A stretch of DNA of 32,000 nt from Candidatus Hermodarchaeota archaeon (GTDB taxonomy: Archaea; Asgardarchaeota; Heimdallarchaeia; Hodarchaeales; Hodarchaeaceae). Location of the stretch: assembly GCA_048886185.1 (NCBI GenBank), contig JBHLKY010000006.1, positions 1 to 32,000 of the forward strand, given 5' to 3'. A program made the translations under genes and the position numbers. Position 1 is the stretch's first letter. Each line of letters starts with the position of its first letter. Below the pieces are notes generated by a model that did not search any database, was not told where the DNA came from, and saw only the letters and a list, made by a program, of their open reading frames with translations. Positions 18,134 through 27,371 of the stretch are shown here, one piece after another.

Positions 18134-19441
18134 TTAATTCACTCGTGCAAAACCAGAATGAGCTACAGGCCCGTCTAATTTGTTTAAAATGTTATGTTGA
18201 TCCAAAGCTTTTCGAATATCTGAGAAAACTTCATTCGCATCTTCCGTATATGCTTCTACAATATCTTTTGTATGTTTATATGCAACATAAACAGAGTCAG
18301 AGGCCAAATATCCCCTTTTTAACATTTCTTGGGTAAAAAATGTCCTCATCGGAAGACTTTGATCGTAATGGTTGAAAGAAAAGTGAGATAATGGAGGGAT
18401 TCCTGTTATCGTAAGATTTAACTTATTTTCATCTGCAAGTATCTTCCAATTATAACGAATTAATTTACCTATTTTAATAAGGTGTGATTGGACTTTTTCT
18501 CTTTGCATCTTCTCAATAGTAGCTATTGAAGCAACTGGACCAATCCGTTCGGTCCAAAAAGTACTGCTGATAAAGCTATTCTGTGCTGCATCCATGACTT
18601 CAGACGTTCCAACAATAGCAGCCATTGGATATCCATTTGAAATTGCTTTACCATAAACAACAATATCAGGAATAACATTATATTGCTTAAAAACTCCTCC
18701 GAGGTTCATTCGCCATCCAGTTGTGATTTCGTCAAAAATAAGAACGGCGTCAATTCGATTAGCGATTTCTCTAATCTTCTGAAGAAAAGAATTTTGTGGT
18801 TCATAGTTTCTCATTGTTTCTAGGACAATGACACCAATGTCATGGCTGTCAACAAGATGCTCAAACTGATCTATTTTGTTATATTTAAAAGGAATTGATG
18901 TCCCTTTTAATCCTCTTGGAACTCCTGCAGGATCTAATCCTGGTAATAAATGGCCGTCCAAGCTCTTTATATCATGTAAATTGGCTGAAAGATACCAGTC
19001 ATGCCATCCATGATATCCACAGAAAGCCACGAAATCTTTTTTAGTGAAAGCACGAGCAATTCGAACTGCTACAGTCATTGCTTCCCCACCTGATCTCACA
19101 AATCTTACCATTCCAGCCCACGGATCTATTTTGAGTAGTAGTTCTGCTAACTCGATTTCTTCAGGACAGTTTAAAGTAGCCATAGATCCTTTATCTATAA
19201 TATTTTTGACTGAGGAGTCAACATCATCATCAGCAAACCCTAGAATGCAAGCACCAATTCCCATTGTTGTCATATCAATATATTTCTTATTATCCAAGTC
19301 CCATACTTCGACCCCTTTTGCCTTTTGGTAGTATGCAGGCCAAAGTTCTGGTAAAAATAATTCAGCTCGCTTAGAAAGTAATTGTGATCCTCCAGGGATA
19401 ATTTTCTTGGCCCTTTTCCATAATTTTTGTCCTGATGACAT
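18134..19441 (-). CDS. Class III PLP aminotransferase (GSA-aminomutase-like, glycan-cluster type)
   Basis: 435 aa; IIPGGSQLLSKR, GYHGWHDW, FDEITTGWR, PLP lysine in YGKAISNGYP. Confidence 0.88.
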   Translation of the reverse strand: MSSGQKLWKRAKKIIPGGSQLLSKRAELFLPELWPAYYQKAKGVEVWDLDNKKYIDMTTMGIGACILGFADDDVDSSVKNIIDKGSMATLNCPEEIELAELLLKIDPWAGMVRFVRSGGEAMTVAVRIARAFTKKDFVAFCGYHGWHDWYLSANLHDIKSLDGHLLPGLDPAGVPRGLKGTSIPFKYNKIDQFEHLVDSHDIGVIVLETMRNYEPQNSFLQKIREIANRIDAVLIFDEITTGWRMNLGGVFKQYNVIPDIVVYGKAISNGYPMAAIVGTSEVMDAAQNSFISSTFWTERIGPVASIATIEKMQREKVQSHLIKIGKLIRYNWKILADENKLNLTITGIPPLSHFSFNHYDQSLPMRTFFTQEMLKRGYLASDSVYVAYKHTKDIVEAYTEDANEVFSDIRKALDQHNILNKLDGPVAHSGFARVN

Positions 19442-19759
19442 TTTTTAACGCACCATATTTTATATTTAGTTAAATAAATAAAATATCAAGCTACTTTTCC
19501 TCTGAAATGACTGGTGTACTGATTTAACATTTAATTTCTATTTTTCTGCAGGAAAATGAAGATTATTTATCCTAAGATTAGAGTATGGTGTTGGTTCTTA
19601 TAAAGCTCTCTTTGAAAAGTGAATTAGGAGAAATCTATAAAGATATTTAGAATTCGCTTGTCTCCTACAGCTATCAATCTTTTTAGGTTTTTCTAGCCTG
19701 AATCTATTGATTTGATGGAATTTGCCCCAATATTAAGAATATTCTTTATTTGGATTAAC

Positions 19760-19817
19760 TCTTATGACAAAGTACACTATCCTACACATATAAATTGGAG
19801 AATAATCTTATGACAAA
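19760..19817 (+). repeat. 12-bp direct repeat TCTTATGACAAA duplicating the neuA-2 start region
   Basis: Copies at 19760-19771 and 19806-19817; the second contains the neuA start ATG. Confidence 0.6.
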
Positions 19818-20526
19818 AAATACTACTCAAATCTTAGGAATTATTCCAGCAAGAGGTGGATCTAAACGATTACCTAATAAGAATATTAAATCCCTGATGG
19901 GGAAACCTCTCATTGCATGGACAATAGAACAGGCAAATAAAAGCAGATTATTGACTAAAACGATAATAAGTACTGATGATGAGAAAATAGCTGGTATTGC
20001 AAAGGAATTTAATGGATTAGTTCCATTTAAACGTCCTCCAGAATTAGCTAAAGATGATACGTCCAGTTATGATGTTATATTTCATGCTCTTGACTTTTTT
20101 AATAGCCAAGGGGAGAACTACGAAATTGTTGCCCTTTTGGAACCTACTTCACCTTTGAGAGATGATGATGATATAGATAATGCCATTAGATCTTTTCTAG
20201 AGAACTATGATAAATTTAATAGTCTTATTAGCATAGGGGAAATTCATTTGGAACATCCCGCCCATGCAAAACGAATTACAAACAGCTTTATTAGTCCTTT
20301 TTGTCCTGAAACCTCAAAATCTACAAAACTAACTAATACAAAAGCATATTTCCCATATGGAGTTATATATATATCAAAGGTCTCTTCTCTTAGAAAACAT
20401 AATAGCTTTTATCAGCCAAAAACGATGTATTATCTCATTAAAAGATGGCAAACCTATGAAGTTGATGATATATTCGATTTCTATTGCATTGAGAAAATAA
20501 TGGAAATGAGAGGTACGAACAAATGA
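19810..20526 (+). CDS. neuA: Acylneuraminate (CMP-nonulosonate) cytidylyltransferase, copy 2
   Basis: IIPARGGSKRLPNKN, ISTDD, EPTSPLR, EVDDIFD; ATG 19810 with GGAG 9 nt upstream preferred over TTG 19795. Confidence 0.9.
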   Translation: MTKNTTQILGIIPARGGSKRLPNKNIKSLMGKPLIAWTIEQANKSRLLTKTIISTDDEKIAGIAKEFNGLVPFKRPPELAKDDTSSYDVIFHALDFFNSQGENYEIVALLEPTSPLRDDDDIDNAIRSFLENYDKFNSLISIGEIHLEHPAHAKRITNSFISPFCPETSKSTKLTNTKAYFPYGVIYISKVSSLRKHNSFYQPKTMYYLIKRWQTYEVDDIFDFYCIEKIMEMRGTNK

Positions 20527-21521
20527 AATTCTTAATTATTGGACTTGGATCAATGGGTAAGCGCCGAATACGAAATCTAAAAGCATTAGGTCTTGAGTCA
20601 AACCAAATTTTTGGTTATGATATACGCAAAGATCGATTAATAGAAGCAGAAAGCAAGTATGGGATTAATATCAAGGAAAGCCTTGATGAAGAAATATGGA
20701 ATTCTGTTGATGGTGTTATTATATCCACTCCTCCTGATAAACACCTAGAATACTTATGGTATGCTGCAAGGCAAAAATTACCCATTTTTGTCGAAGCAAG
20801 CGTTATTTTAGAGGGATTAGAAGAATTTCGGAACTTTGTACAAGAGAAAGGAATTTTAGTTGCCCCATCTTGTACAATGAGATTTCATCCCTCCATCAGA
20901 ACTATAAAAAAGATTGTTTCAAGTAAAAAATATGGTAAAGTGACAAGTTTCTATTATATTAGCGGACAATACCTACCAGATTGGCATCCTTGGGAAAACA
21001 TCAAAGATTATTATGTTAGTCAAAAAGAAACTGGTGGGTGTCGTGAAATCGTACCTTACGAACTTACTTGGATGGTGGATGTTTTTGGATTTCCTCAAGA
21101 AATTTCAGGTTTCTATGAAAAGACCTCTAACCTTGACACACATATTGATGATGTTTATGTTATTAATTTAAAGTATAAAGACTTTCTTGGTTCATTAAAT
21201 GTAGATGTTGTGGCACGACATGCCACGAGGTTCTTTGTTTTGAATTTACAAAGAGGCCAACTATTGTGGGATTGGAATACCAAGCAAATCAGATTCTATG
21301 ATGCTGATGAAAAAAGGTGGATAGTCTATCATGAACCAGAGGGGACATCAGTTGAGGGATATGAAAAAAATATCATTGAGGAGATGTATATAAACGAATT
21401 ACAAGCTTTTATCAGATCCATAACAACTGGTGATCCATTTCCAAATACCCTAGAAGATGATATCAAAGTCTTAACTCTTCTAACATTGATTGAGAAATCA
21501 AAAAAAGGAATTAAAGTCTGA
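20523..21521 (+). CDS. Gfo/Idh/MocA oxidoreductase, PtmF-like, copy 2
   Basis: 332 aa; IGLGSMGKRR, TMRFHP, YLPDWHPWE; ATGA overlap with neuA copy 2. Confidence 0.88.
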   Translation: MKFLIIGLGSMGKRRIRNLKALGLESNQIFGYDIRKDRLIEAESKYGINIKESLDEEIWNSVDGVIISTPPDKHLEYLWYAARQKLPIFVEASVILEGLEEFRNFVQEKGILVAPSCTMRFHPSIRTIKKIVSSKKYGKVTSFYYISGQYLPDWHPWENIKDYYVSQKETGGCREIVPYELTWMVDVFGFPQEISGFYEKTSNLDTHIDDVYVINLKYKDFLGSLNVDVVARHATRFFVLNLQRGQLLWDWNTKQIRFYDADEKRWIVYHEPEGTSVEGYEKNIIEEMYINELQAFIRSITTGDPFPNTLEDDIKVLTLLTLIEKSKKGIKV

Positions 21522-21814
21522 TGACCTTAAATTATTCTTTTAAGTCTGAAATAAACTACCTCTTAAGTTAATTTATGGAGATAAAAAGAAATAATAACAA
21601 GGAAAAGAAGGCGTGAAAAGAATTCAAGGCGTGTTAATAACTCTGATGTAATATAATGCTTTTATATTTAATAAGAGAATTGAATTTCTTCATTATGACA
21701 AAAGAATGCTTTTTTTCTATAAATCATAATATCAACCCAAATTATAAGAATATATACTTAAAGGGATACAAAATGGAGAGAGATTAATAAAATACAGGAA
21801 TTGATGTCTATTAA

Positions 21815-23305
21815 ATGGATACTGAAAGAACAGAATATTCTGAAGAGAAGATTGTCTCGAAGAAAAAGCGAACCTCATCCTTCTTTAAAGTAGTCCTTAT
21901 TTCTTGGGGTTTTATTAAGCTTAGAGGGGTAATATTCAATAAAATTTTCACAAATATACTATCTAAAGACGATTTTGGCCTATTCAATTTTCTATATCAA
22001 ACTGCAGTTTTTATAGGCACAATTTCATGCTTGGGAGTGAATGATGCAGTTTTTCGATTTACAAGTATCTATTCCGAAGAAAATGATAGAAAAAGAATAA
22101 GTAATCTAATGATTACTTCCATATTTATAGTTTCAGGTATCTTTGTAGTCGTTTTTGGCATTTTTCTAGTTCTTTCAAAAATTGGGGTTCAAAATTTTAA
22201 TGATTTAGCAATCGTGTTAATTGGAAGTTATAGTTTTTTCTTTTTGATTCAAATCTTAGTGAATGGTTATATACAAGCTGAACAGAGGTCTTTCGGTTAC
22301 ATTCTACTATCTGTAATTATTGTTTATTCAAATCTTATATTGTCTGTCATTTTTACAATTTTCATTAACTCTGGCGCCAATGATTTACTTTTAGCTTATA
22401 TTTTAAGCCAGGGGATTTTTGTGACTTTTTATCTTTTAAAATTCATTGTTGACAATGGTATTGGGCAGTTTGATTTAGATGAACTCAAAAATGTTATGAA
22501 ATACTCACTTCCACGTTTAATCATATACCCATTCTTACCTATGTTTAACTATCTACTATATTTTCTATTGAATTTTTTTAATGGATCAGATGCGGTTGCT
22601 TTGTTTGTTATAACTTTATCAGTTGCAGGCCTTTTGAATATTATTGATAACGCTTTTTTTATGCCCTTTGCTGGACTGCAATATAATTTATTTGATGCCA
22701 AAGAACATAAATCATTGAAATCTTTAGTTAATAAGTTAATTCGCATCTATATTGCTTTTCTGATCCCTATTATTTTGTTAATTTGGATTAATTCATCACT
22801 ATTAATTGCAATATTCGCTAATGAAGAATACATTACTTCGGAAACGGTTTTTGGTACTTTAATCCTTGCTTTGGGATTTTTATTCAAAGCTTTACTTCGA
22901 TTCACCTGTCAAGGCCCATATTTCTATCAAAAAACTGCAAAAATATCTGTATTATATCTTTGTGCTGTTGTTGCTTCAAGTGTTTTAGGCTTATTTCTTA
23001 TCCCGCTTTTAGGGATAGTTGGAATGGCTATTTCGTTAACTTTGCATGATTTATTCAGATGGCTATTTGTCTTTCCATATTCTCAAAAATTATTTCCAAT
23101 AGAATTTTCTACACTTAAAATTGTTTCAATAATAATTCCAACCTCTGCCTTTATCTTATGTATCATGATTTTATCTATATTTTCCTTACCTACATTGTTA
23201 ATTTCGGTTTTGTGTGTATTAGTTTATTTTGGGCTTTTATTTGGCTTAAAAATTGTTCATGTGAATGAAGTAAAGAGATTATTCAAAACTATTTTACCGA
23301 GATAG
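21815..23305 (+). CDS. Oligosaccharide flippase (Wzx/MOP family)
   Basis: 496 aa with about 13-14 hydrophobic segments; ILSKDDFG and LGVNDAVFRF N-terminal pattern; GIVGMAIS near the C-terminus. Confidence 0.85.
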   Translation: MDTERTEYSEEKIVSKKKRTSSFFKVVLISWGFIKLRGVIFNKIFTNILSKDDFGLFNFLYQTAVFIGTISCLGVNDAVFRFTSIYSEENDRKRISNLMITSIFIVSGIFVVVFGIFLVLSKIGVQNFNDLAIVLIGSYSFFFLIQILVNGYIQAEQRSFGYILLSVIIVYSNLILSVIFTIFINSGANDLLLAYILSQGIFVTFYLLKFIVDNGIGQFDLDELKNVMKYSLPRLIIYPFLPMFNYLLYFLLNFFNGSDAVALFVITLSVAGLLNIIDNAFFMPFAGLQYNLFDAKEHKSLKSLVNKLIRIYIAFLIPIILLIWINSSLLIAIFANEEYITSETVFGTLILALGFLFKALLRFTCQGPYFYQKTAKISVLYLCAVVASSVLGLFLIPLLGIVGMAISLTLHDLFRWLFVFPYSQKLFPIEFSTLKIVSIIIPTSAFILCIMILSIFSLPTLLISVLCVLVYFGLLFGLKIVHVNEVKRLFKTILPR

Positions 23306-23423
23306 AAATTATTCTCTATAAAGAGAAATAACATAAAGAGCTAAGATTAATTTGTAATAATTAAAACGAGATAAGAAAATTGCTTTAATATTTATTATAT
23401 ATACACCCATAAAGGGAGATTTT

Positions 23424-24470
23424 ATGAAATCTATAAGAATTGGGAAGAAAACTATTGGAGAAGGAAATCCATGTTTCATTATAGCTGAAGCTGGAGTAAA
23501 TCACAATGGTTCTCTTGAATTAGCAAAAAATCTTGTCGATGTAGCAAAGAATGTTGGTGCTGATGCAGTAAAATTTCAAACGTTTAAACCAGAAAGGTTA
23601 GTTACAAGATATGCAAAAAAGGCTGATTACCAAAAAGCTACAACATTAGAGGAATCCCAGCATGAAATGCTTATGAAACTAAAATTGACAGAAAGACAAT
23701 TTAAAGATTTAAAGGACTATACAACAAAAAAAGAGATTATCTTCTTATCTACACCTTTTGATTTAGAAACAGTTGAGTTTCTTGATAAACTTGATATTCC
23801 AGCTTTTAAAATTGGTTCTGGTGATGTAACAAATATTCCTTTATTGGAACATATCGCAAAGAAATTGAAACCAATAATTCTATCAACAGGAATGTCAAAT
23901 TTAGGAGAGATTGAGAATGCTATAGAGACCATTACAAATTGTAATAACGAAAATATAATTCTCCTTCACTGTGTGACCAGCTATCCTACTCCCATTGAAG
24001 CTGCGAATTTAATGGCAATAGGTACATTACGTAAAGCATTTAAGAGATTAGTTGGATTTTCAGATCATACTCTTGGAATTCTTGCACCAATTATCGCTAT
24101 TTCCTTAGGAGCATCAGTTATTGAGAAACATTTCACATTAGATAAAAAATTGAAAGGGCCAGATCATCAAGCATCTTTAGAACCAAATGAATTTGCCGAA
24201 ATGGTCAGGATGATTAGAACAGCAGAGAAAGCATTAGGAGACGGTATAAAGAAATTAGAAGATGTAGAAAAGGAAATAAAGAAGGTAGCTAGGAGAAGTA
24301 TTGTAGCTAGATCAGAAATCTTGCCTGGACAGATAATCTCTGAAGAAAATCTAGATATCAAGAGGCCAGGAATAGGATTGGAACCAAAGCATTTTAATCA
24401 AGTTATAGGAAAAAAAGCAAAACGGAAAATCAGTGAAGATGAATTAATTTCATGGGACCTACTGGAATAA
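23424..24470 (+). CDS. neuB: NeuB-family nonulosonic acid synthase with SAF domain (NeuB/LegI-like)
   Basis: 348 aa; IAEAGVNHNG, KFQTF, KIGSGDVTN, GFSDHTLG, GPDHQASL, C-terminal RRSIVA..KRPGIG SAF domain. Confidence 0.93.
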   Translation: MKSIRIGKKTIGEGNPCFIIAEAGVNHNGSLELAKNLVDVAKNVGADAVKFQTFKPERLVTRYAKKADYQKATTLEESQHEMLMKLKLTERQFKDLKDYTTKKEIIFLSTPFDLETVEFLDKLDIPAFKIGSGDVTNIPLLEHIAKKLKPIILSTGMSNLGEIENAIETITNCNNENIILLHCVTSYPTPIEAANLMAIGTLRKAFKRLVGFSDHTLGILAPIIAISLGASVIEKHFTLDKKLKGPDHQASLEPNEFAEMVRMIRTAEKALGDGIKKLEDVEKEIKKVARRSIVARSEILPGQIISEENLDIKRPGIGLEPKHFNQVIGKKAKRKISEDELISWDLLE

Positions 24471-24517
24471 TTTCTGAGCTCATTGTTGAAAGATTATAAT
24501 TAGAGTAAGGATTTCAA

Positions 24518-25687
24518 ATGCCAAAGAGAAAAGTATGTGTAATTACAGGAACTAGAGCCGAATATGGTTTATTAAAACCAGTAATGAATAAGATTATATC
24601 ATCCAAAAGCTTAACATTACAAATTATTGCTACAGGAATGCATTTATTACCTGAATTTGGATCGACTGTTGAAGAAATAAAAAATGATGGTTTTAAAATT
24701 GATGCAAGAGTTCCTATTGTTGTTGGAGGGGATGATAAATTGTCAATGAGTATGTCAATAGGTCTTGGTATCATTGCCATTTCTCAAAGTTTAGAAACGT
24801 TAAATCCAGATCTTGTTGTTGTTTTAGGTGATAGATTTGAAATATTCGCTGCTTCGATAGCTGCAGTCTATAGTGGAAGAGTATTAGCCCATCTCTGTGG
24901 AGGAGACAGCCCTGAAGGAGGTTATGATGAATATACTCGACATTCGATAACAAAAATTGCTCATTTACACTTTCCTATGACTGAGAAAAGTGCTAATAGG
25001 ATAATTAAAATGGGGGAGAATCCTAAGAATGTACATGTTGTTGGGTACACTTCTCTAGATACGATTCTAAATAAAGAGCTCCCCAACAAAATAGAACTCT
25101 CTAAAAAATATAACTTGACTCTAGATAAGCCACTTGTTCTAGTTACGCATCATCCTATTAGCACTATTCCCAATGAGGTTCAATTTGAAGTTCAATCCAT
25201 TTTAGATGTAATTGTCGAACTACAATTGAATTGTCTGATAAGTTTCCCCAATGTTGACCCAGGAGGAAAACGCATATTGAATGTTATCAAGAAATTTGCA
25301 GAGTCTTATCCTTCTCTCATTCAGGTTTATAATACTATACCTTATGAAGATTATTTAGGACTCATGAAGATTGCTGATGTGATGGTTGGGAATTCAAGTA
25401 GTGGTATTCTAGAGGCACCAGCTTTTAATTTACCATTTATAAATGTTGGTAAACGACAACAAGGGAGAGAGAGAGCTAATAATGTTATTGACGTTGAGGC
25501 TACCAGAGAAGATGTAAAAAAAGGAATTGAAAAAGCATTATATGATGCAAAATTCCTAGATGAAATAAGGAAAGGAATGAATCCTTTTGGAGATGGAAGG
25601 GCAAGTGAACGCATTGTCAACATTCTTGAAAAGGTGAAAATAGACAAAGAGCTGATTAAAAAAAGATTTTTTGAAGAAACATCCTAG
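24518..25687 (+). CDS. neuC: Hydrolysing UDP-GlcNAc(-derivative) 2-epimerase (NeuC/LegG-like)
   Basis: 389 aa; TGTRAEYGLL, TGMHL, LGDRFE, GNSSSGILEAP, GKRQQGRE, FGDGRAS. Confidence 0.93.
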   Translation: MPKRKVCVITGTRAEYGLLKPVMNKIISSKSLTLQIIATGMHLLPEFGSTVEEIKNDGFKIDARVPIVVGGDDKLSMSMSIGLGIIAISQSLETLNPDLVVVLGDRFEIFAASIAAVYSGRVLAHLCGGDSPEGGYDEYTRHSITKIAHLHFPMTEKSANRIIKMGENPKNVHVVGYTSLDTILNKELPNKIELSKKYNLTLDKPLVLVTHHPISTIPNEVQFEVQSILDVIVELQLNCLISFPNVDPGGKRILNVIKKFAESYPSLIQVYNTIPYEDYLGLMKIADVMVGNSSSGILEAPAFNLPFINVGKRQQGRERANNVIDVEATREDVKKGIEKALYDAKFLDEIRKGMNPFGDGRASERIVNILEKVKIDKELIKKRFFEETS

Positions 25688-25702
25688 AAAGGACGTTAGG
25701 CG

Positions 25703-26140
25703 ATGAATGAAAAACGATTCAAAGAATGGAAGTTGCCAAAAATTCAACATGGAAAGCTAACACAATGGAATTGGTTAGTTCAATATCCAGAAAATCTTAC
25801 AATTGGTAAATTTTCGGATATCGGTGCATTTACTTATATAAATGCTAAATATGGTGTAGAAATTGGTGAGTTTGTACAAATAGGGTCACATTGTTCAATA
25901 TATTCTGAATCAACTATTGATGGTAAACAAGGTAAAGTTACATTTGAGAGGAATGCCCGTTTGGGTAGTCATTCTCTTGTTATGCCAGGAATAAGAATAA
26001 AAGAAAATTCTATCATTGGAGCACATAGTTTTGTAAATACAAACATTCCAAGTGGAGTTGTAGCTTTTGGTATTCCAATTCAAATTAGAAGAAACTTAAC
26101 CACAGAAGAAATTCAAGAACAATATAATAAGATGCAGTGA
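25703..26140 (+). CDS. Hexapeptide-repeat (left-handed beta-helix) acyltransferase
   Basis: 145 aa with repeated [IV]Gxxxx hexads (IGKFSD IGAFTY, IGEFVQ IGSHCS, IGAHSFV) and terminal FGIP. Confidence 0.88.
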   Translation: MNEKRFKEWKLPKIQHGKLTQWNWLVQYPENLTIGKFSDIGAFTYINAKYGVEIGEFVQIGSHCSIYSESTIDGKQGKVTFERNARLGSHSLVMPGIRIKENSIIGAHSFVNTNIPSGVVAFGIPIQIRRNLTTEEIQEQYNKMQ

Positions 26141-26220
26141 TCATCAATTTAATACTATTAAAAGACTACATCCAATCCTCTAACTACTTGTTTAATATTT
26201 AAATTTGAATAATAGAATAT

Positions 26221-27354
26221 ATGGTTACTAAAATGAACATTCCTTTATTTAAAATATATTTTGATGAAAAAGATCTCAAATCTGTAAACAAAATCATTCA
26301 ATCAGGCATGTATTGGGCTATAGGACCTGAAATTAATAAGTTTGAAGAAGAAATTAATAGATATATAGGAAAAAAATATTGCGTATTATTTAACTCTGGT
26401 ACTTCAGCATTACATGCAATCCTACAAGCTTATAATGTTAAAAATCAAGATGAGGTTATTGTACCTTCATTTACTTTTATTGCAACTGCAAATGCCCCTT
26501 TATTTGTTAGGGCAAAACCAATTTTTGCTGATATTGAACCAACCACATTAGGACTGGATCCTGAAAGTGTATTGGAGAAAATTACTTCAAAGACAAAAGC
26601 ACTTATACCAGTTCATTACGGAGGGTGTCCAGCTGACATTAAAAATCTTAAAGAAATTGCACAAGACCATAAATTACTTTTAATCGAAGATGCTGCTGAA
26701 TCTTTTGGATCAAAACTAGAAGATCAAATGATTGGAACATTTGGAGACAGTAGTATGCTTAGTTTTTGTCAGAATAAGATAATTACTACTGGAGAGGGAG
26801 GAGCAATAATAACAGATTCGAAAGATATCTTCGAAAAACTCCTTTTATTCCGCTCTCATGGACGATTAGAGGATAAGAATTATTTTACTTCTCCTATTTC
26901 TGGTGATTATGTCAGTTTGGGTTATAATTTAAGAATGTCAAATATTAATGCTTCTTTAGGATTATCACAATTAGATAAAGTAGAAGAAATTATTTCAATG
27001 AGAATAAAAAGAGCTAAATACTATATTAACCAATTGAAAAGAATTAGCGAAATAACTCTTCCTTATATCCCACAAAATGCAAGGCATGTATTCCAGTTAT
27101 TTTCTATTCAGGTAAAGCATCATCAAAGAAGTGATTTAATCAAATTTCTAACATCAAAAGGAATTATGTCTAAGGTTTATTTTTCACCGATTCACTTAAC
27201 GTATTTTTACAAGGAAGTATTAAAGTACAAAGTTAGCTTACCAGTAACAGAATCTATTTCAAAAGAGACACTTAGCTTACCAATTTACCCTGCAATGAAT
27301 GAAAAAGAATTAGAATATGTATCTAGTGCAATGATGGATTTTTTTAACTCATGA
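26221..27354 (+). CDS. DegT/DnrJ/EryC1/StrS sugar aminotransferase
   Basis: 377 aa; NSGTSALH, SFTFIATAN, EDAAES, PLP lysine SFCQNKIITTGEGG, GYNLRM; start may be ATG 26233. Confidence 0.93.
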   Translation: MVTKMNIPLFKIYFDEKDLKSVNKIIQSGMYWAIGPEINKFEEEINRYIGKKYCVLFNSGTSALHAILQAYNVKNQDEVIVPSFTFIATANAPLFVRAKPIFADIEPTTLGLDPESVLEKITSKTKALIPVHYGGCPADIKNLKEIAQDHKLLLIEDAAESFGSKLEDQMIGTFGDSSMLSFCQNKIITTGEGGAIITDSKDIFEKLLLFRSHGRLEDKNYFTSPISGDYVSLGYNLRMSNINASLGLSQLDKVEEIISMRIKRAKYYINQLKRISEITLPYIPQNARHVFQLFSIQVKHHQRSDLIKFLTSKGIMSKVYFSPIHLTYFYKEVLKYKVSLPVTESISKETLSLPIYPAMNEKELEYVSSAMMDFFNS

Positions 27355-27371
27355 ATTAATGGTGAATTGTA

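Noticed and set aside
18134-19441. Annotation as hemL
   Set aside because: No tetrapyrrole genes nearby and the context is nonulosonate biosynthesis; left as class III aminotransferase
16434-25750. Short antisense or off-frame ORFs within glycan genes (e.g. 16434..16667, 17037..17297, 19044..19331, 22549..22746, 25351..25647)
   Set aside because: Shadow ORFs of strongly supported CDSs
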